A stretch of DNA of 64,000 nucleotides, taken from positions 1-64,000 of the IMG/VR virus record IMGVR_UViG_3300023174_000074. One strand, given 5' to 3'. Position 1 is the stretch's first letter. Each line of letters opens with the position of its first letter. The DNA comes from a virus. Below, one piece after another: positions 57,679 through 64,000 of this stretch. The notes below the pieces were generated by a model that saw nothing but the letters and a program-made list of their open reading frames with translations, ran no database searches and was not told the origin of the DNA. The position numbers were made by a program, and so were the translations under genes.

Positions 57679-57875
57679 CATAGAAACAATTGCAAAAAGA
57701 TATTGGGAAATATACAACTCTTTTGAAGGACAAACCCATTTAATTGATGTAGAAATGGAAGTAATTAATATGTTAGCAGAAGAGTTATTCTACAATGGGA
57801 ATATGGATAACATGCCAAAAGTATTAACTCATATGTATTTTTTAGGAAAAATTAATCAACAATTTGAAAAAGAAA

Positions 57876-58295
57876 ATGGACAATAGAAAAACCGCAATGC
57901 AAGAATTGTTTGATAATTTAGAATCAATTGATATAAAAGTACCAATTGGAGTTAAACAAATATTCCTTGAAAAAGAGAAAGAGCAAATAGCTGACACTTT
58001 CTACTCAGGTTATGAAGATAGAGATTTGTTCCAACACGGACATGATTATTACGATAAAATGTATGAAAGAAACGGTTGGCAAGGTATTATATTTCTTGGA
58101 GAAGTTGATGATGTAAAAATCTATTATGATAGTTATCATCCTGAACAAACATTGACAGTTGAATTAAATGAAGATAAAACGGAAATGGTTTATATCATTA
58201 GTCCGTATGATGATATTGAAATATTTGATGGAATTAAAAAAAATATTATTGTATCTGAAAAACCGACCACACTAGAAAAAACAATTAAAATATGA
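57876..58295 (+). CDS. hypothetical protein (KTAMQ family), paralog of 59119..59541
   Basis: Near-identical DNA to 59119-59530. Confidence 0.7.
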   Translation: MDNRKTAMQELFDNLESIDIKVPIGVKQIFLEKEKEQIADTFYSGYEDRDLFQHGHDYYDKMYERNGWQGIIFLGEVDDVKIYYDSYHPEQTLTVELNEDKTEMVYIISPYDDIEIFDGIKKNIIVSEKPTTLEKTIKI

Positions 58296-58702
58296 ACAAA
58301 AAAGAAATCATCAAAAAATGGAAAAAAAGCGGTCTATTAGATAACCTTACTAAAATGGATAAAGATAGTCCGATGTTAAAAGTTATTGAATCAATTAAAG
58401 AACAACGAATAAACGAATTTCCAAATATAGAACCAATGAATAAAGTAAACGAGGCTGGTTACAATGAATCAACCAAATTTGGTCCTTCAGAAAACAACCC
58501 ACCATACATCTCAGACGACTTTCAAATAGGTCCTGATGGTGCCTATGAACACAATGAAATAGTTCATATACAACAACAGTTAATCGATTTGTTATACTCA
58601 CAAGTAATAGACTTATCAATGATGTCTAAAATTGAATTAGGTGATAATGTCATTGCTGAGATTAAACGATTAAAATCTATTATAGATGAAAAGACTACTT
58701 AG
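58292..58702 (+). CDS. hypothetical protein
   Basis: KWKKSGLL; ISDDFQIGPDGAYEH. Confidence 0.6.
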   Translation: MNKKEIIKKWKKSGLLDNLTKMDKDSPMLKVIESIKEQRINEFPNIEPMNKVNEAGYNESTKFGPSENNPPYISDDFQIGPDGAYEHNEIVHIQQQLIDLLYSQVIDLSMMSKIELGDNVIAEIKRLKSIIDEKTT

Positions 58703-58877
58703 AATTATTATTGGACTTCCGCTATGTCCAGTTCCGATGTTTTTAGGAACTTGGATATGGCTATTTTCAAACACTAAAGATTCATGGATAGAGAGTATTG
58801 GGTATCTTACTTGGAATTTAGCATCGGGAGATTGGGATAAATTACCAGAATAAAAACAATTAAAATAAAAAATAAAC

Positions 58878-59108
58878 ATGGCAGATTTTTCAAAACAATG
58901 GTGTGAAATTAATGATACTAGTATGCCTAGTGATTTCGACATTTTAGAAGAGGCAAATAATATTAAACCTAATCATTATATTCCTATGATATGTGAAGGA
59001 TATGGTTTTGTAGCAATAGGTAAAGATGAGCATGATGATATTATATTAGCATTTAAAGATAATGAAGGTAATATTAAATGGGAAACTTATAACAGCGTTA
59101 TTAAATAA
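58878..59108 (+). CDS. hypothetical protein
   Basis: MADFSKQW...ICEGYG. Confidence 0.6.
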   Translation: MADFSKQWCEINDTSMPSDFDILEEANNIKPNHYIPMICEGYGFVAIGKDEHDDIILAFKDNEGNIKWETYNSVIK

Positions 59109-59118
59109 AACAAAAATT

Positions 59119-59541
59119 ATGGACAATAGAAAAACATCAATGCAAGAATTGTTTGATAATTTACAAGCAATTGATATATCTGTACCAAATGGAGTTAAAC
59201 AAATATTCATTGAAAAAGAAAAACAACAAATAGAAGATGCTTTTTACTCAGGTTATGAGGATAGAGATTTGTTTAAACATGGTGATGATTACTACAATAA
59301 AATGTATGAAAAAAATGGTTGGCAAGGTATTATATTTCTTGGAGAAGTTGATGATGTAAAAATATACTATGATAGTTATCATCCTGACCAAACGCTGACA
59401 GTTGAATTAAATGAAGATAAAACGGAAATGGTTTATATCATTAGTCCGTATGATGATATTGAAATATTTGATGGAATTAAAAAAAATATTATTGTATCTG
59501 AAAAGCCAACTACATTGGAAAAAATAATTACAAATGAATAA
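59119..59541 (+). CDS. hypothetical protein (KTAMQ family), paralog of 57876..58295
   Basis: Near-identical DNA to 57876-58290. Confidence 0.7.
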   Translation: MDNRKTSMQELFDNLQAIDISVPNGVKQIFIEKEKQQIEDAFYSGYEDRDLFKHGDDYYNKMYEKNGWQGIIFLGEVDDVKIYYDSYHPDQTLTVELNEDKTEMVYIISPYDDIEIFDGIKKNIIVSEKPTTLEKIITNE

Positions 59542-59755
59542 TCTAGATAACAAACTACCCTGTCAAAAAGAATATGTTTTTGACAACAGAGAAGTTAAAA
59601 CCTCATTACCCGGGGCTGAACTATCTGATGTTGATAGTTTGAAATATTTTTTTCAAAAATACATATCTTCAGTTGAAAATACAAAACCAAGTCAAAGTAT
59701 GGCGAATATACTGAAAGCATGGATTGATATTATACAGCAAAAATCAAATAAATAA
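59534..59755 (+). CDS. hypothetical protein
   Basis: ORF in operon. Confidence 0.5.
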   Translation: MNNLDNKLPCQKEYVFDNREVKTSLPGAELSDVDSLKYFFQKYISSVENTKPSQSMANILKAWIDIIQQKSNK

Positions 59756-59757
59756 AA

Positions 59758-60399
59758 ATGAATAAATTAGATAAAGATTATTGTAACCTACTTCAAGATA
59801 TCTTGGATAATGGTGTACAAAAAGAAACTAGAAATGGTGGTACTTTGAGTGTATTTGGAAGACAAATACGTCACAAAATGAGCGATGGGTTTCCGTTGCT
59901 AACTTCAAAACACATAAAGTTCGATTTGATCGTTTCCGAGCTCATTTGGTTCCTTCAAGGTCGAACTGATTTAAGATGGTTACTGGAGCAAGGAAATACT
60001 ATCTGGGTGGGGGACGCTCACAAGCGATTTATATTAGCAACGTCTGAAGATGAATATCAAGAGCCGACAGAAGATGCAAGAAAAAGATTTATTGATAAAA
60101 TCAAAAATGATAAAGAATTTAGTGATAGATTCGGGGATCTTGGTCCAATTTACGGATTTCAGTGGAGAAATTGGGGTAAAGATTTTAAACAAGTATTAAA
60201 TGAAACGGGAGATAAGGTTTATGATATAACAACAACTGGTATAGACCAAATCGCAAACCTAATCCACGACCTTAAAACAAATCCAGACTCAAGACGATTA
60301 ATGGTTAATGCTTGGAACGTTGCAGATTTGCCGGTTACTGATTATAAAACAGACGACGAACTCTATCAAGATTACTTAAAAGATATAGGAAAATCATAA
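59758..60399 (+). CDS. thyA: thymidylate synthase N-terminal fragment with 22-aa added tail
   Basis: TRNGGTLSVFG, FPLLT, ELIWFL.G, DLGPIYGFQWR, DQI, PDSRRLMVNAWN; stops before PPCH. Confidence 0.9.
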   Translation: MNKLDKDYCNLLQDILDNGVQKETRNGGTLSVFGRQIRHKMSDGFPLLTSKHIKFDLIVSELIWFLQGRTDLRWLLEQGNTIWVGDAHKRFILATSEDEYQEPTEDARKRFIDKIKNDKEFSDRFGDLGPIYGFQWRNWGKDFKQVLNETGDKVYDITTTGIDQIANLIHDLKTNPDSRRLMVNAWNVADLPVTDYKTDDELYQDYLKDIGKS

Positions 60400-60448
60400 A
60401 AACTATTACCCTCCTTAGATATATAAATAAAAAGGAGGTAATACCATT

Positions 60449-61339
60449 ATGATTATATATAAGACAACAAATTTAGTGAACGGTAAGATTTACATAGGAC
60501 AGGACAAATATAACAATCCAAGATATCTTGGATCTGGAAAAATTTTACATCTTGCTTTTAAAAAATATAGCGTTGAAAACTTTATCAAAGAAATAATTGA
60601 AGAGTGTGAATCAAAAGAACACTTGGATGAAAGAGAAAGGTATTGGATAAACTTTTACAAGTCAACTGATAGAAATATTGGATATAATATAGCGTTAGGT
60701 GGAAATGGCGGGGACACTATTTCAAATCATCCGGATAAAGATTTAATTAGACAAAAACATTCAGAATGGATGCAAGAAAACAATCCAACCAGAGGTAGAA
60801 AGAGGAGTGAAGATGAAATGGAAAGATGGAAAGATTCTTTTGTTGGAAAATATAAAGGTGAAAACAGTCTAAACTTTGGAAAAAAACATAATGGTGATTC
60901 AAAGATTAAAATGTCAGAAGCTAGAAAAAAATGGCATGAAACCTTAACAGAAGAAGAAAGAAATAGCATTAGCGATAAAATAAGCAAATTAAATAAAGGT
61001 AAAGAAGGTTATTGGAAAGGAAAAGATAATACTAATCATTCCGACTGGATGAAACAAAATAACCCGATGAAAGGTAGAACCCACACTGATGAAATTAAGC
61101 AAAGAATATCTGATGCTAATAAAAAACCTAAGTCTGATGAAACGAAAAGAAAACTTAGTGAAGCTAACAAAGGTAAAAAACCAGGAAACATAGTTAAGGT
61201 TGAAATAGGGGGAATTGTTTATGAAAGTCTAACAGAAGCTTCTATTAAAACTGAGATAAATTTATCAACATTAAGAAATCGAATTAAATCAAAAAATGTT
61301 AAATACTTAAATTACAAAATATATGAATCAGCTAAGTAA
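60449..61339 (+). CDS. GIY-YIG homing endonuclease with NUMOD3 repeats
   Basis: IIYKTTNLVNGKIYIGQ, YLGSG, RERYWI, GYNI..GG.GG; NUMOD3 and terminal NUMOD1/HTH-like region. Confidence 0.9.
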   Translation: MIIYKTTNLVNGKIYIGQDKYNNPRYLGSGKILHLAFKKYSVENFIKEIIEECESKEHLDERERYWINFYKSTDRNIGYNIALGGNGGDTISNHPDKDLIRQKHSEWMQENNPTRGRKRSEDEMERWKDSFVGKYKGENSLNFGKKHNGDSKIKMSEARKKWHETLTEEERNSISDKISKLNKGKEGYWKGKDNTNHSDWMKQNNPMKGRTHTDEIKQRISDANKKPKSDETKRKLSEANKGKKPGNIVKVEIGGIVYESLTEASIKTEINLSTLRNRIKSKNVKYLNYKIYESAK

Positions 61340-62042
61340 AGAAGAGTTTTTAGAAAAACTAAAAACTGACAAAGATTTTAATTTCAGATATGGAAGAAAA
61401 CATATTACAGAAGGAAAAATGGTACTTCCTCCTTGTCACTATGGATTTCAAGTTTATACAAGAGAAATGTCAGTTCAAGAAAGACAGAAGTATGATAATC
61501 ATTTTGATAGTTTAATTGGTGAATACCCAGACCATCATATTACATTAGATAAAAGAGGAGTACCTCGTAGAGCAATCTCGTTAATGTGGAATCAACGAAG
61601 TTGTGATGTGGGTCTCGGCATCCCCTTTAATATAGCATCTTACGGGTTGTTATTAGAGATAATCGCTAAAGCAGTTAATATGGTTCCTGATGAATTGATT
61701 GGAAATTTAGGTGACACACACTTATACTTAAACCATATTGAACAAGCAAAGGAGCAGATTGGTAGAGAGTTGAGTTTGGAAGAAAGGTTATCTTTAGTTA
61801 AAAATAATGTAATGAGTTTTGATGAATTATCCAAAGCAAATTATGATGAATTTTTTAAAAAGAATAATATACCGAACAGAACTAGAGAACCATACCCATT
61901 ACCAACATTAAAAATTGTGGGTTACCCTGAAGAATATAAGCATCCAAATGACGAACGACTATTTGAAGAGTTTGACATATCTGACTTTCAACTTGAAAAT
62001 TACCAATCACACTCAACTATTAAAATGCCTTTATCAAACTAA
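61323..62042 (+). CDS. thyA: thymidylate synthase C-terminal fragment with 31-aa added head
   Basis: MVLPPCHYGFQ, QRSCDVGLGIPFNIASY, GDTHLYLNH, IKMPLSN. Confidence 0.9.
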   Translation: MNQLSKEEFLEKLKTDKDFNFRYGRKHITEGKMVLPPCHYGFQVYTREMSVQERQKYDNHFDSLIGEYPDHHITLDKRGVPRRAISLMWNQRSCDVGLGIPFNIASYGLLLEIIAKAVNMVPDELIGNLGDTHLYLNHIEQAKEQIGRELSLEERLSLVKNNVMSFDELSKANYDEFFKKNNIPNRTREPYPLPTLKIVGYPEEYKHPNDERLFEEFDISDFQLENYQSHSTIKMPLSN

Positions 62043-62055
62043 AAAAATATAAATT

Positions 62056-62292
62056 ATGGAAAACTACAAATCGGATTACTACAATCCAGAAACACTTAAA
62101 AAATCAGAAGTTGAAACTAAAATACCTGTTAGTTTAGTTAATAAGGTTAAGCAAACACTAGATAAATTGGAAGGCTACATGATAACACCAACGATGGTTA
62201 ATCCCAAATATGATTCAGTAACATTCGGGATCATGGATATGACTAATAGAACATTAAAATATAGAGTTTCAATCACACCAAATTACCTTTAA
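62056..62292 (+). CDS. hypothetical protein
   Basis: ORF in operon. Confidence 0.5.
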   Translation: MENYKSDYYNPETLKKSEVETKIPVSLVNKVKQTLDKLEGYMITPTMVNPKYDSVTFGIMDMTNRTLKYRVSITPNYL

Positions 62293-62315
62293 GTAATTAA
62301 TACATATATATAACC

Positions 62316-62780
62316 ATGAAAAAACTAATTATTACAGCACTGCTGTGTTTACTTAGTCTAACCGACTATAGCCAAACATCCAAATTAGACTCATTTATCA
62401 ATACATGGGTGGGTGCTCCATATCGCTATGGTGGAACTACACTTAAAGGTATTGATTGTTCGGGTTTTGTACAGAAAATGTATGAGGAGGTATTTAATAT
62501 ACTTATTCCCCGAACAGCTAAAACACAATACAAAGTAGCTACCAAAGTATCTAAAGATGAGATATCTATTGGTGACTTGTTGTTCTTTATAAGTCCCAAC
62601 AGTCCATCAGGATGGCATGTGGCTATTTATTTAGGTAATAATTTATATGCACACGCTGCTAATAAACGAAAAGGAGTAGTGATGAGTGAATTAACAACGA
62701 ATGTGAGGAAACGAATATACTCTGTTGGTAGATTTGAGAGTCCAAAAGTCGATTTGTATTTTTATTTAAAAGAAATTTAA
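62316..62780 (+). CDS. secreted NlpC/P60 peptidoglycan hydrolase
   Basis: Signal peptide; G.PYRYGG..GIDCSGF, PRTA..Q, GDLLFF, HVAIYLG. Confidence 0.92.
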   Translation: MKKLIITALLCLLSLTDYSQTSKLDSFINTWVGAPYRYGGTTLKGIDCSGFVQKMYEEVFNILIPRTAKTQYKVATKVSKDEISIGDLLFFISPNSPSGWHVAIYLGNNLYAHAANKRKGVVMSELTTNVRKRIYSVGRFESPKVDLYFYLKEI

Positions 62781-62784
62781 AGTT

Positions 62785-63219
62785 ATGAGATACGCAATTA
62801 CATCAATGTATGCTAACCCAATTCATCCTGGACACATCGAGTGTCTTAAATTATCTAAAGAAATAGCGGATGAGGTATGGGTTATAGTGAACAACGATAA
62901 ACAAGCTGAATTAAAACGTGGTGTCCCATCATTCCAAGATGAACAATATAGGAAGGAAATAGTGGGAGCAATACGGTATGTGGATTATTCCTTTGTATCA
63001 ACTGATGAGGATGAGTCAGTATGTAAATCAATACGGGCACTACATAGTGCTATTTTAAATATTGACCATGATGCTGAGATTGTCTTTACAAAAGGTGGAG
63101 ACAGGTTCGCTGATGAAATACCTGAGAAAAAAGTATGTGACGAACTGAGTATCCAAATCATTGATAAGTTAGGAGAAAAAACACACCACTCGAGTCAAAT
63201 TATAAAAGTATTCAATTAA
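62785..63219 (+). CDS. cytidylyltransferase-like nucleotidyltransferase (TagD/RfaE-II type)
   Basis: PIHPGH, VIVNND, KGGDR, HSS. Confidence 0.85.
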   Translation: MRYAITSMYANPIHPGHIECLKLSKEIADEVWVIVNNDKQAELKRGVPSFQDEQYRKEIVGAIRYVDYSFVSTDEDESVCKSIRALHSAILNIDHDAEIVFTKGGDRFADEIPEKKVCDELSIQIIDKLGEKTHHSSQIIKVFN

Positions 63220-63261
63220 CGAAAAAAACCCAACAGTAAATAAAATTGTGGCATTAAAACT

Positions 63262-63495
63262 ATGAAAATAATAAATACAAAATTTAAAATAGGAGACAAA
63301 GCATATAAGCCGAAAGGATATAAATTTCCTTGTACCATCGTCTCTGTATTTAAAACTTCTGGTGGCGATATTAGGGTTGTTGCAGAAATGGAAGGATATG
63401 GGTTGTTACATATATTCAACGAAAATCAACTAGAAATTAAAGACAGCTATGAACAAATTGAAGAAGATCTCAGAATCCCAGGAGCCGGTTGTTAA
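63262..63495 (+). CDS. SH3-fold protein resembling DfrB/R67 type II dihydrofolate reductase
   Basis: FKIGDKAYKPKGYKFPCTIVSVF.T...VVAE...GLLHIF....LE aligns by eye with the R67 core. Confidence 0.5.
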   Translation: MKIINTKFKIGDKAYKPKGYKFPCTIVSVFKTSGGDIRVVAEMEGYGLLHIFNENQLEIKDSYEQIEEDLRIPGAGC

Positions 63496-63524
63496 CAAAA
63501 ATATCTAAACACAAAAAGTTATAA

Positions 63525-63887
63525 ATGATAGAAGAAAGGCCATGGGGATTTTACGAGATCCTACTTGAAACCGAATACACCAAGGTAAAACAGATAACGG
63601 TAAACCCCGGGCAGAAACTGTCGTATCAATACCACTCAAAAAGAAAAGAGTTCTGGACGATAGTTAAGGGAACAGCAACGATAATTTTGGACGATGAAAA
63701 TATTCTTGTTTTTCAAGGAGAATCTATCGATATCCCTTTGCGGGCTAAGCACAGAATCATAAACGAAACAGCCCAACCAATAATTTTTATAGAGGTTCAA
63801 ACAGGAAGTTATTTTGGAGAGGATGATATAATCAGAATCGATGATGAATACGGAAGAGAAATAAATATATCAAATTTATCTAGATAA
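63525..63887 (+). CDS. mannose-6-phosphate isomerase type II cupin domain
   Basis: RPWGFY, VKQITVNPGQKLSYQYH..R.E.W, HRI.N, IEVQTGSYFGEDDIIR. Confidence 0.9.
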   Translation: MIEERPWGFYEILLETEYTKVKQITVNPGQKLSYQYHSKRKEFWTIVKGTATIILDDENILVFQGESIDIPLRAKHRIINETAQPIIFIEVQTGSYFGEDDIIRIDDEYGREINISNLSR

Positions 63888-63888
63888 C

Positions 63889-64000
63889 ATGGAAAATAAT
63901 GTAAATCAAAATAAAACGGAAATGGATATTTTAACCTTTCACCCAATTAAAAAGTCGGATCTTGGATTTCATGGAAATCTTTTTGGTGGGCAACTATTAA
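63889..64000 (+). CDS. hotdog-fold acyl-CoA thioesterase (3' truncated by window)
   Basis: SDLGFHGNLFGGQLL. Confidence 0.7.
   Translation, partial: MENNVNQNKTEMDILTFHPIKKSDLGFHGNLFGGQLL

Noticed and set aside
60331-61420. Group I intron in thyA as in T4 td
   Set aside because: Break is not at the td site; only 49 non-coding nt upstream and none downstream; no recognisable intron core

Overview
Core replication and metabolism segment of an AT-rich, T4-like large/jumbo dsDNA phage, most likely infecting Bacteroidota. Evidence for the host: TAnnTTTG -7 promoter boxes, near-absence of Shine-Dalgarno sequences, and a tmRNA tag that starts with Gly. The window encodes a family B DNA polymerase, sliding clamp, type II topoisomerase, class I ribonucleotide reductase, two thymidylate-synthase-fold enzymes, a dCTPase-like enzyme, several repair enzymes, DnaJ, RimK, ferritin, adenylate kinase, many glycosyltransferases, a tmRNA and an IS607-derived TnpB. 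Main observations: (1) five essential genes (nrdA, gyrB-like, gyrA-like, polB, thyA) are each fractured by a free-standing homing endonuclease; four carry split inteins, whereas thyA has no intein or intron and instead has two added tails resembling a split copy of its own small helical domain. (2) All six homing endonuclease genes, from three nuclease families, are preceded by a GATATATAA promoter-like motif inside a hairpin whose 3' arm covers the start region. (3) The polymerase is in three pieces. (4) One gene is enclosed by a 23-bp long-range inverted repeat and has a structured 5' leader. (5) An integron-type cassette with two attC-like sites is present. (6) Many proteins share a T4 capsid-targeting-like N-terminal peptide. 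All calls come from reading motifs by eye; no searches were run.
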